Below are positions 38,957-46,723 of a stretch of DNA of 64,000 bases, in pieces. The notes beneath the pieces were generated by a model that was given only the letters and a program-made list of their open reading frames with translations, did no database searches and had not been told where the DNA came from. Position 1 is the stretch's first letter. Each line of letters starts with the position of its first letter. Position numbers and translations under genes: made by a program. This DNA comes from an uncultured Bacteroidales bacterium (lineage in GTDB: Bacteria > Bacteroidota > Bacteroidia > Bacteroidales > P3), in NCBI GenBank assembly GCA_947165255.1, contig CAMUZR010000016.1, positions 875 to 64,874 on the forward strand, written 5' to 3'.

Positions 38957-40357
38957 TTAGTTCTTAACCTTTCTCCAACCCCGGTCCCTTCGCCTCTCAC
39001 CCCCTTCGGGATACTGGTATCCTATTCCCAAGGCTGGCGAGTCCTCGGCCAAGTGATAGTCGCCCACACTCGGGTCTATAAACTTTGGGTCCTCGTCCCA
39101 CTCGCCACCGCGCACCAGGCAGTGGTCGAGTCTCACATCCACTGCAGCCGTACTATCCAGCTCCAGGTAGAGTTCGCCCGCCTCTCGGGTTCCGTAGATT
39201 ATGCAATCGGCCAGTGCGGCCTGCATCGGCCATACGTAACGCATGTTGTCAACGTTGCGCCAGTTCGTAATAAAGACACAGGGGTTGTTACGCGACGAGT
39301 AGTGCCAGTAATCGGCAAAGGTGCAGCCATTGAAGCTATACTTGCCTCCGTACTGCATCACCACCGTCGCCGTGCCGCATTCGGTAACCAGCAGGTTGTC
39401 CCCCTCCACGTGTGCGGTCTGCATGTACAGCCCTACAAAGCTCTCATTGCGAATCTGAGTGTTGCTGATAGAAAGGGTGGGGTTTCTGTTGGCGCAACTG
39501 TCCACCTGTATGCCCATAAAGCCATTCTCAATGAGGGCATGGTCGATGGTATTGTCCCAGCTGCCTTGGCTCACCCATATATGCCCCCACTGGCCGGGCA
39601 GATAATCATACCATCCGTCGTGGCGCACCGAGGTAAAAAGCACAGGTCGGTCCGCGCTCCCCCGCACGTCCAATGTGGCGCTGTCATAAACCCACAGCAC
39701 GGCATCGTCGCAGAAATAGAGCTCATCGCCCGCCTGCAGGCGCAGGGTGCTGCGCGAGTCCACAACGGCATAGCCCAAAATAACATGCGGCAGGTCATGC
39801 CGCCAGTGCTCACAATCTATGACGCTGTAGGCATACGGGTTGCCGTAAATGTCCATAAGATAGGTCCCGTCGGCGTAGCGAATAGTGTCGGTGGGGACAT
39901 GGTAGACGGCGTTGCGCCCGTAGGCCGTCAGTGGCAGCCGCTGCTGTCGCCCTCCGCTCTTGAACAGCACCGCATCCTCAATCAGAAAGGGCTCGGTGGA
40001 CTCGTTGGGGCGTATGTTGGCTCGGACATAGACGAACATGCTGTCGCCTGCGGCGATGGTCAGGTTTCGTGCCACCAAGTGGGTGTCGCCGTCCACATTC
40101 AGACGGAAACGCGAGGCGTAGCCTTGCTCGAGGGTCACCTGCTCCACCTGCACATCGTACTGCCCGTGGTTGTAGACCTTGAAATAACGCGTGGTGGTGC
40201 CCATCTGCGTGAAGACTGTGTCAAACGCCATCGTGTCGCACGAAAAGTCCAGTTCCAGTCCAGCCATAGGCTCGGCAGGCTCTTTCTCACAAGCGGCAAA
40301 GAGCATTGGCAAAACCAATGCCCCAAGCAGCAGGCCAAACATTATTCGTTTCAACAT
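38957..40357 (-). CDS. Hypothetical lipoprotein (possible beta-helix fold)
   Basis: Lipobox LFAAC. No motif could be assigned by eye. Confidence 0.5.
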   Translation of the reverse strand: MLKRIMFGLLLGALVLPMLFAACEKEPAEPMAGLELDFSCDTMAFDTVFTQMGTTTRYFKVYNHGQYDVQVEQVTLEQGYASRFRLNVDGDTHLVARNLTIAAGDSMFVYVRANIRPNESTEPFLIEDAVLFKSGGRQQRLPLTAYGRNAVYHVPTDTIRYADGTYLMDIYGNPYAYSVIDCEHWRHDLPHVILGYAVVDSRSTLRLQAGDELYFCDDAVLWVYDSATLDVRGSADRPVLFTSVRHDGWYDYLPGQWGHIWVSQGSWDNTIDHALIENGFMGIQVDSCANRNPTLSISNTQIRNESFVGLYMQTAHVEGDNLLVTECGTATVVMQYGGKYSFNGCTFADYWHYSSRNNPCVFITNWRNVDNMRYVWPMQAALADCIIYGTREAGELYLELDSTAAVDVRLDHCLVRGGEWDEDPKFIDPSVGDYHLAEDSPALGIGYQYPEGGERRRDRGWRKVKN

Positions 40358-40464
40358 ATCAATCGTTTGTCAACCTATTGACGGCTAACTTCGGGTGTGC
40401 CCCCAAGGGGCTGCAGCCTTCCCTGCGCGCCAATGGTTTTATTCCAGTAACGCAAAACAGAACA

Positions 40465-40770
40465 TAATATTTTGTGCCCACCATTTTTTTTGCCGCCGAG
40501 CACCTGTTCTCACAGCGGGGCGTCCTCTCCGGCCGCTCCGCCTTTTGCCGCCTTCTTTCACCGGCTCCGTGGCTCTCCCCGCCCCGCCGCGCCGCTGACC
40601 CGCCCCAGCAGCCATGCTCTCCTTTCTCGTTTCGCCCTTTGGAAATACTTGCCCTACTCCATTGTTCCTCTATCCGGGATAGACCATCTATAGACGAACT
40701 ATAGAAGAACAATAGGCGATCGGGCGAAGCATGGGCGCAGCCTACGCGGCCGTCCATGATGCTGCCCCTT
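40465..40770 (-). repeat. Copy 2 (inverted) of the ~270-300 bp non-coding repeat family
   Basis: Its reverse complement aligns with 6886-7150. I counted about 19 mismatches over the ~150 nt core. It ends about 10 nt from the stop codon of the first defense-island gene. Confidence 0.75.
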
Positions 40771-40780
40771 ACCCATCATT

Positions 40781-43318
40781 CTACCGATACAGCACTGCCT
40801 CTATGGGCACACTGCTGTCCATCAGTCCTATGCGGGTGTCGGTTGCATGGCGGTTCACGCCTGTGTAGGACAGCGACGCATCCTCGTAGCGACGGAATTT
40901 CAGGATGGCGTCGTTCATTTGGCCACGGTTGAACACGCCGACTCGCAGCAGCAGGTCGAAGTCGTAGATGGTCAGCCCGGTCACCCGCTCGAAGAGCGAC
41001 GGCTCCAGTTTGCGGATAACATCCTCTAAGCTCTCTTCGCGATAGTCGGTCAGGTACATGAAGATGGGGATGCGGGTGGCGAATTTCATCAGCTTTTCCT
41101 GCACTTCGCGTCGCTTGCTGCGGTATTCCTTCTCCTCGGCGGTGAGTTCCTTTTTTCTTTTGGGGTTGTCGGCTGCGTCGCGTTTCAGTTTCTTTATCTT
41201 CTCGGCACGGTTGACGATGTTCTCTATGATGTCGCTTCCTAAGGCGCGGAAGCCCTCTATCTTCATGATGGTGGCCAGGGCTTCGGGATTGTCCAGTACC
41301 CGCTGCAGGGTGGCGTTGTCCACATTGACCAGCTGCGCACTGTTCCAGCGGCGGGCCAGTAGGGTGCCGCTGGTGCCGTTGTCCACAAAGTCCAGTATCT
41401 CGGTGGCGTTCACGCGCTTCATCGAGCTGCCGTCGAATTGGAGGATGGGGAGGAAGTTGATGAAGTCGTCCACCTTGTCGGTGATGCGTCTATTGCTTTC
41501 TACGTCTAATTGGTTGGCGTATGTTACCACCTCGCGGAGGGCGCGGTTAGGGGCAAAGTCGAACACATAGCAGGTGGGCTTCAGAATGGTGCGCTTCGTG
41601 GGGTCGTCCTTGTCGGTGGCCGTCCAAGGACTCTGCACACGGAAAGCCGTCTGGAAATAGGTCTCGGGGCTGGAGCAGTTCCTCAGCATCAGCAGCCCGC
41701 CTAAGGGCCGCAGGGTTACGCCGGTGGTCAACTTGCCGCAGGTGAGGGTGATGGTGCGCGTGGTCAGCGGGTTGTCGCCCATGGCCTTGCGTACCGGCTC
41801 AAGGGCATCTACGCCAATGCCTGCCTTTGTGCCGCTGCAGTTGATGATGGTGTAGTTCTGATAGAAGCCGTTGGCCGGGCGGCGCAATAGTGCCTCCATC
41901 GCATCGCACGAGGCCACGTTGGGCAGGAACCACATGGTGTGGGCGCAGAGGTCCAGCAGGCGCATGTCCTCGAAGGGTAGGGGTACTGGGCGGTTGAGCG
42001 GCGAGCTGTTGTCGCCGAAGATAGGGGCCTTGCCGCGGATGATGTCGAGCCACTTCTGCACGGCTCTCTCGTGGACGAAGGTGGCGGGTTCCTTGCCTTT
42101 GGCCGGCTCGGCACGGAAAAACTCGTTGAGGTCGAAGCCGTCCATGTCCCACTGCTCTATCATGGCTCCGAGGTCCTGGGGCATCTGGTAGGTCATCATC
42201 ACCATGGTGGGCATCTCCTGATAGGGACCGCCAATGGTCTCTTTTCGTTTCTGCTCGTCCTGATAGGTCCAGTTGAAGATTTGGTTCTCCATAAACTCGC
42301 CCGTGGCAAGGGCGCGGAAGGGGGTGCCGCTGAGGTAGAGGAAGTGTTTCCCGGTGATGGGCACGTTGTCGTCGTCCCATGCGCGGCCGCTCTCCACGTC
42401 GATGCCGCTCTCGCGCATCACCTCGTCCTCTTCTGTCTGCCGCCGCTTGGCTTCGCTGTCGCCCAGGTCCAGCAGGCTCTTGGCGTTGTCGTTCCATGCC
42501 CCGAAGTGATATTCGTCCAGCACTATCAGGTCCCAGTCGATGCTGTGCACCCACTCGTTCTTGGATTTGATGTTGCCGTAGCGGTCGCGGCCCAAGTAGT
42601 CTTGGAAGGAGCCAAACACTACCAGCGGGAATGTGTTATTGAGGGAATGCGTTAATGCGTTAGTGGGTGCCGCCTCTTTACTGCTGTAGTACCGCCACCC
42701 TTCAAAGTCGCGGTGCCGCAGCAGGTCTTCGCGCCACGAGTCCTCCACGGCGGGCTTGAAGGTGAGCACCAGCACCCGCTTTGCCTTCATCCGCTTGGCC
42801 AGCTGGTAGGTGGCGAAGGTCTTGCCGAAACGCATCTTGGCGTTCCACAGGTAGTGGCTGGGGCGTTCGGGCTCCTCCTCGTCCATGCGGGCATAGTAGT
42901 CGGCTGTCTGGCAAACTGCCTGCTCCTGCTCCTCGCGCATCTTGTAGTCGAGATTGCGGGTGGGCTCTATGTGGGAGTCGCGATGTCGCACAGCCACGTA
43001 TGCCGCCTGTGCCTCGCGCAGCGAGCAGCGGCACCACTCGCCGATGAGTTCCTTGCCCATGCGGCGCAGCACCAGGTGCAGGTCGTGGTCGGAAAAGCTC
43101 TCGCCGCTGCCGTCGGCATAGAAGGCACCCGCGTGCCACAACAGGTGGTAGGTCTTGTGCGGCTCGGTGATGGGGTGTTGCTCGTCGATGCGCTGCCGCA
43201 CATCGCTGCGTGTCGTCTGCCCTATCTTAATCCAACCGGGGAACGACGTGTCGTCGTACATGTAAATCTGCGGCACCGCTCGCCGCATGGTAGGGAGTAT
43301 CTGTTCGTTGGTCTGCAT
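40781..43318 (-). CDS. T5orf172/MUG113 (GIY-YIG-like) domain fused to an SF2 (ResIII/SNF2-like) helicase; putative restriction/translocase subunit
   Basis: N-terminus IYMYDDTSFPGWIKIGQTTRSDVRQRIDEQ, helicase motif I AKMRFGKT, motif II LIVLDEYH, motif III LSGTPF and a motif VI-like QTAFRVQS. Confidence 0.75.
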   Translation of the reverse strand: MQTNEQILPTMRRAVPQIYMYDDTSFPGWIKIGQTTRSDVRQRIDEQHPITEPHKTYHLLWHAGAFYADGSGESFSDHDLHLVLRRMGKELIGEWCRCSLREAQAAYVAVRHRDSHIEPTRNLDYKMREEQEQAVCQTADYYARMDEEEPERPSHYLWNAKMRFGKTFATYQLAKRMKAKRVLVLTFKPAVEDSWREDLLRHRDFEGWRYYSSKEAAPTNALTHSLNNTFPLVVFGSFQDYLGRDRYGNIKSKNEWVHSIDWDLIVLDEYHFGAWNDNAKSLLDLGDSEAKRRQTEEDEVMRESGIDVESGRAWDDDNVPITGKHFLYLSGTPFRALATGEFMENQIFNWTYQDEQKRKETIGGPYQEMPTMVMMTYQMPQDLGAMIEQWDMDGFDLNEFFRAEPAKGKEPATFVHERAVQKWLDIIRGKAPIFGDNSSPLNRPVPLPFEDMRLLDLCAHTMWFLPNVASCDAMEALLRRPANGFYQNYTIINCSGTKAGIGVDALEPVRKAMGDNPLTTRTITLTCGKLTTGVTLRPLGGLLMLRNCSSPETYFQTAFRVQSPWTATDKDDPTKRTILKPTCYVFDFAPNRALREVVTYANQLDVESNRRITDKVDDFINFLPILQFDGSSMKRVNATEILDFVDNGTSGTLLARRWNSAQLVNVDNATLQRVLDNPEALATIMKIEGFRALGSDIIENIVNRAEKIKKLKRDAADNPKRKKELTAEEKEYRSKRREVQEKLMKFATRIPIFMYLTDYREESLEDVIRKLEPSLFERVTGLTIYDFDLLLRVGVFNRGQMNDAILKFRRYEDASLSYTGVNRHATDTRIGLMDSSVPIEAVLYR

Positions 43319-43383
43319 AATATGTCAGTTGTTCGTTATCCTTAATAGCGAACGCCCTTATGCAGAAATAAAAATGTGATGGA

Positions 43384-43662
43384 TTAGAAGAGGTCGGCGT
43401 GTGTGCCCGTATCGAGCATTAGCAATACTAGTTCGTCGTCATACTGTCTCCAAACGAGAAGCCAATCAGGCTGGATGTGGCATTCCCAAACGTTGTTACC
43501 AACAAAGCCAGACAACTTGTGGGGATGATACTTTTGCGGAAGTGTACCCTCTTGTTTCAAGATGGATAGTACATCGTGAAGCTTCATCATGGGCAGTCCT
43601 CTGCGCTGGCACAGACGCATAGAACGCTCAAACTTCTTGGAGAACCTTATTGTGTACGCCAT
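43384..43662 (-). CDS. yafQ: Type II toxin, YafQ family (RelE superfamily mRNA interferase)
   Basis: Contains HKLSG...WECHIQPDWLLVW...LLMLDTGTHADLF, the YafQ signature, in a 92 aa protein. Confidence 0.85.
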   Translation of the reverse strand: MAYTIRFSKKFERSMRLCQRRGLPMMKLHDVLSILKQEGTLPQKYHPHKLSGFVGNNVWECHIQPDWLLVWRQYDDELVLLMLDTGTHADLF

Positions 43663-43871
43663 TCTTTGCCAAGAATCTGATCAAACATTTCGTCAATGCC
43701 ACCTTTCCACTCAGTTACCCGTCCGGCAGCTTCGTCTTCAAGTGCTTGTTCAATACCGCTCTTGCGTTTACGTTTGGCTGGCACAATATCGATGCCATTG
43801 ATACTTCGTATCAATTTGCGAAAACTCGGTAGAAGACTCTCATCGCTAACTCTTATTGTTATTTCGGTCAT
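43647..43871 (-). CDS. Cognate antitoxin (Bacteroidota-type, not DinJ-like)
   Basis: 74 aa protein that overlaps the toxin start by 16 nt. The C-terminal SGIEQALEDEAAGRV...IDEMFDQILG motif resembles antitoxins paired with RelE/YafQ toxins in Bacteroidota. Confidence 0.65.
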   Translation of the reverse strand: MTEITIRVSDESLLPSFRKLIRSINGIDIVPAKRKRKSGIEQALEDEAAGRVTEWKGGIDEMFDQILGKEWRTQ

Positions 43872-44028
43872 ATCAACCCCCTTTTTTTATTTGTATAACG
43901 CCATATTGCTGTTTTTATTACATTACTATCACATTTTATTTCAAAGAGCGCTCGGTTTATGTTTTTTGCCGAGGCCATCCCTCGGCGTGAGTTCTTCAAT
44001 CCTTCTTCGGTCTCTCGGCGGTGCCAGC

Positions 44029-45570
44029 CTATTCCATCGGGCGTATCATACTTTCGATAAAAGCAATCTCATCCTCCGTCAGGCCGTATTTCTTGTACAG
44101 CATCTCGTCCGTCCACGGGTGGGAGAAGTCTTGGAAGGGGACTAGTCCGAACACACTTCGTGTTACTTGCATGGTGCCTTTCCCATAATACAAAAGAACC
44201 TTAAAGAAGTTGGTTTCCATATATGATTTGCAGTTTAGTTGCTCCTCTTTTGTTTCAAATGGGCCGATTACTAGAAAGGTTTCTGTGCATACCTCGCCTT
44301 TGTCCCCTATAATGATATCGGGTGGCTGTATGGCATTTGTAGAATAGCTTGTTGTAAAAAACAATTTATACTTATCAATGCTATCTTTCCCTGCTGTTAC
44401 TGTATTACGTGTTATGTAACCCACTTGCCTACGAGCTCCACCTTTTATACCTTTGACTCCATGAATCTTTACGCAATTATGGAAAGGCGTATCGGATAGA
44501 TTTGCCTCTGGATACCTATCTGGTTCGTTGAACAGAAACTTGCGTATACCATAAGGTTTAGTCGCAGATACAATTTCAGAAAAACTACGTTTTGCAGCTA
44601 TTTTGTTTATTATTGGAATAATACGCTGGTCTCGAATTACAAAATCAAAATAATCATTCTGCAGTCTACCTTTTGCTTTTGACACATAGCCATCATTAGA
44701 TTTGAACGTATATTCCACATCCCCATTATACATGTTATCCCACAAAAAATAGCAAACACCTCCATCTATATGCATTCCAGCAAAGCATTCTCCAGCATCT
44801 TCATAATCGAATAACTTTTTAATATGTCTATCCGCAAGCATTTTACTTCGGAATGACTGTAAGCCTCGCCCACCAACCATCCATTTTGATGGGATAATCA
44901 TTATTAGATAACTGGGATTCAGTTTTTGTGATTGCTCTACAAATTTATTATATATGGGCATAGCTGCATCTGTTGAAGCACCACTGCCATCACTCAATTG
45001 GTATGGTGGATTACCTATGATTACGTCGAATTGCATATCTTTCTTGAATATTTCTTTGATGGATTTATGGATAAAGGGGTAGGCGTAGGTCTCACGGCTG
45101 TCGGTGCGGGCGTACTCTCCTTTGCTGGCTCCGCAGTGTTCGCAACGGCCTTGCGCGTTCCATGTGTGTTGGCAGCGTTCGTACCGTAGGTTGCCTTGCT
45201 GGTCAAGGAAGGCGGTGCTGACGCTGTACTCGCCGTTGGCATGTTTTGAGCAATAGAGCGTCCGACGGCTCATCTCGGCGGTGAGGTCGGTACATGCAAT
45301 GCCGAAGACCTGCTGGGTCATGATATGGTTTATGCGTTGCTGCAAGTCTGGGATTTGTTCAGCCAATCCATCTAACAGCCTCTTGGTGATTTCTCGCAGA
45401 AAGACCCCACTCTTGCTGCATGGGTCGAGGAAACGTGTCTTCAGACTACAGAATAACTCCTGCGGCAACAGGTCTAGCATCCTATTTGCCAGCTCTGGCG
45501 AGGTGAAGACCTCATCGCTACTGAGATTAGCCAAGCAATTCAGTATGTCGGGTGAATATTTTTGTGTCAT
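44029..45570 (-). CDS. N6-adenine DNA methyltransferase, Eco57I-like, with C-terminal target-recognition region
   Basis: Motif X EVFTSPELANRML, motif I FLDPCSKSGVF and motif IV VIIGNPPYQ. A Cys/His insert (CQHTWNAQGRCEHCG) is present, followed by a C-terminal part of about 300 aa. Confidence 0.82.
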   Translation of the reverse strand: MTQKYSPDILNCLANLSSDEVFTSPELANRMLDLLPQELFCSLKTRFLDPCSKSGVFLREITKRLLDGLAEQIPDLQQRINHIMTQQVFGIACTDLTAEMSRRTLYCSKHANGEYSVSTAFLDQQGNLRYERCQHTWNAQGRCEHCGASKGEYARTDSRETYAYPFIHKSIKEIFKKDMQFDVIIGNPPYQLSDGSGASTDAAMPIYNKFVEQSQKLNPSYLIMIIPSKWMVGGRGLQSFRSKMLADRHIKKLFDYEDAGECFAGMHIDGGVCYFLWDNMYNGDVEYTFKSNDGYVSKAKGRLQNDYFDFVIRDQRIIPIINKIAAKRSFSEIVSATKPYGIRKFLFNEPDRYPEANLSDTPFHNCVKIHGVKGIKGGARRQVGYITRNTVTAGKDSIDKYKLFFTTSYSTNAIQPPDIIIGDKGEVCTETFLVIGPFETKEEQLNCKSYMETNFFKVLLYYGKGTMQVTRSVFGLVPFQDFSHPWTDEMLYKKYGLTEDEIAFIESMIRPME

Positions 45571-45730
45571 AAGGTTGTATTATTATGGTTGAGGAAAACG
45601 TCCCGAGAGGGACGCGACCATGCATAACACGGTACAAGCCGAAGGTGTAGTGCCGTGTTGATGCAGCTATAGTAAACAGCGTCCCGAAAGGGACGCGACA
45701 GTCTTGTCATCAGGATTTCTTGCAGCAATC
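45571..45730 (+). mobile_element. Rearranged derivative of the multi-hairpin MITE-like element, copy C
   Basis: Contains CGTCCC-gaga-GGGACG, CACGGTAC-aagccgaaggtgta-GTGCCGTG and GCGTCCC-gaaa-GGGACGC modules shared with copies at 21206 and 51179. A TIR-like AAGGTTGTATTATTAT starts at the base next to the methyltransferase ATG. Confidence 0.6.
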
Positions 45731-45783
45731 GGTATTTCAATGACCACAACTCACGACGGAGCAGCTTATATGGAGTGTGTATC

Positions 45784-46431
45784 TTATTCTTCATAGCGGT
45801 AGAGTTGTGTGTAATGCAATGGTGGATAGGAACGCACAGGTTCGTCGAAACTCTGTGCCTCTCCCTGTTCGTCGAAGAGAGAATATTGGTGTGTCTGGTT
45901 GACAAGAAAGTCGAACTGGAAGTCGCGCCGTGAGAACTGCATACTCCCCGCAATGGGTGTCCACTCGCAGAATGTGATAGGCTTGCCCTCAGCAGTCCTA
46001 TACGTCAATGCATCTCCACAGACGATGTTCTTCTGAAGCATATAACGTAGGCTTTCCTCGTAGCCCTGAGTGCAGTTCTTTTTGCCTATCTGTTCTTTCA
46101 CCTCGGCAAACAGTCGCTGTTGGCAAGCCTCGGCATTGTCCTCTAACAACTCAATGCCATAGCAGGAGCCGACAACTATAAGGCTTTTAAATTCCCATTC
46201 TGTCGGAGACTTTACAGAAGAAAGCAAAGAGAGTTTGCGCCGTAGAATCTCAATAAGGAAATTGCCGTCGCCACAGGCGGGCTCAAGGAAACGGCTATCG
46301 AGCCGGAACGACTCATCCCGCACCAAGTCGAGCATAGCGTTCACCTCGCGCGGATTGGTGAACACCTCGCCATGCTGAGCCACTCGCTGGCGGCTCTTAA
46401 TCTGTTTTGTGTTTTCGTTTGTTGCTGGCAT
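45784..46431 (-). CDS. DNA methyltransferase-like protein with a SAM-binding N-terminal half only (no NPPY-type motif IV)
   Basis: Motif X GEVFTNPREVNAML, motif I FLEPACGDGNFL and a motif III-like NIVCGDAL. No (N/D)PP(Y/F) appears in the remaining 70 residues. Total length is 215 aa. Confidence 0.6.
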   Translation of the reverse strand: MPATNENTKQIKSRQRVAQHGEVFTNPREVNAMLDLVRDESFRLDSRFLEPACGDGNFLIEILRRKLSLLSSVKSPTEWEFKSLIVVGSCYGIELLEDNAEACQQRLFAEVKEQIGKKNCTQGYEESLRYMLQKNIVCGDALTYRTAEGKPITFCEWTPIAGSMQFSRRDFQFDFLVNQTHQYSLFDEQGEAQSFDEPVRSYPPLHYTQLYRYEE

Positions 46432-46660
46432 AAGAAAATCGTGGAACTTTGCTTATGTTTCCTAGGTGTTCCACGACCTGCCAGCAACTAAGTAAAGCCC
46501 ACGATATTCTCGTGAGCGTTTACCGCTTTACTGTCACTGGCCAAAATTGTGGAACTTTCGGAAACAAGTGATAGCGAAAACGCTTTATAATATGTTATTT
46601 ATCTTCTATTTTTCTGTTTCTATATGTTGTTTTTAAGTTGTTATTTCGTTTGCAAAGATT
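46432..46660 (-). promoter_or_regulatory. Promoter box plus ~215 nt structured leader with terminator/antiterminator-like alternative pairing
   Basis: An AATCTTTG box lies at the reverse complement of 46653-46660. 16-nt direct repeats (46543-46558 and 46435-46450, 15/16 identical) can each pair with 46468-46476. The proximal pairing (9 bp) is followed on the minus strand by TTTTCTT and then the ATG. Confidence 0.45.
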
Positions 46661-46723
46661 CGGAATATTATTGAATGGTAATTTATTTTCAATCTGGGGA
46701 AATCTCTTTATATACAACCCCAA

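Noticed and set aside
43872-44028. Hairpin GCCGAGG-ccatc-CCTCGGC as the intrinsic terminator of the methyltransferase gene
   Set aside because: On the transcribed (minus) strand the hairpin is followed by an A-run, not a U-run. The T-run precedes it, so it does not fit a canonical terminator in that orientation.
45571-45730. CRISPR-like array, because of the repeated GTCGCGTCCC...GGGACGC palindromes
   Set aside because: Only two or three irregularly spaced palindromes are present. There is no constant repeat/spacer periodicity and there are no cas genes. The same modules occur singly elsewhere.
45567-45953. 128 aa minus-strand ORF spanning the hairpin element and overlapping the end of the MTase-like gene
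   Set aside because: It is made of read-through of repeat hairpins plus an alternate frame of a better-supported gene. It has no recognisable motif.
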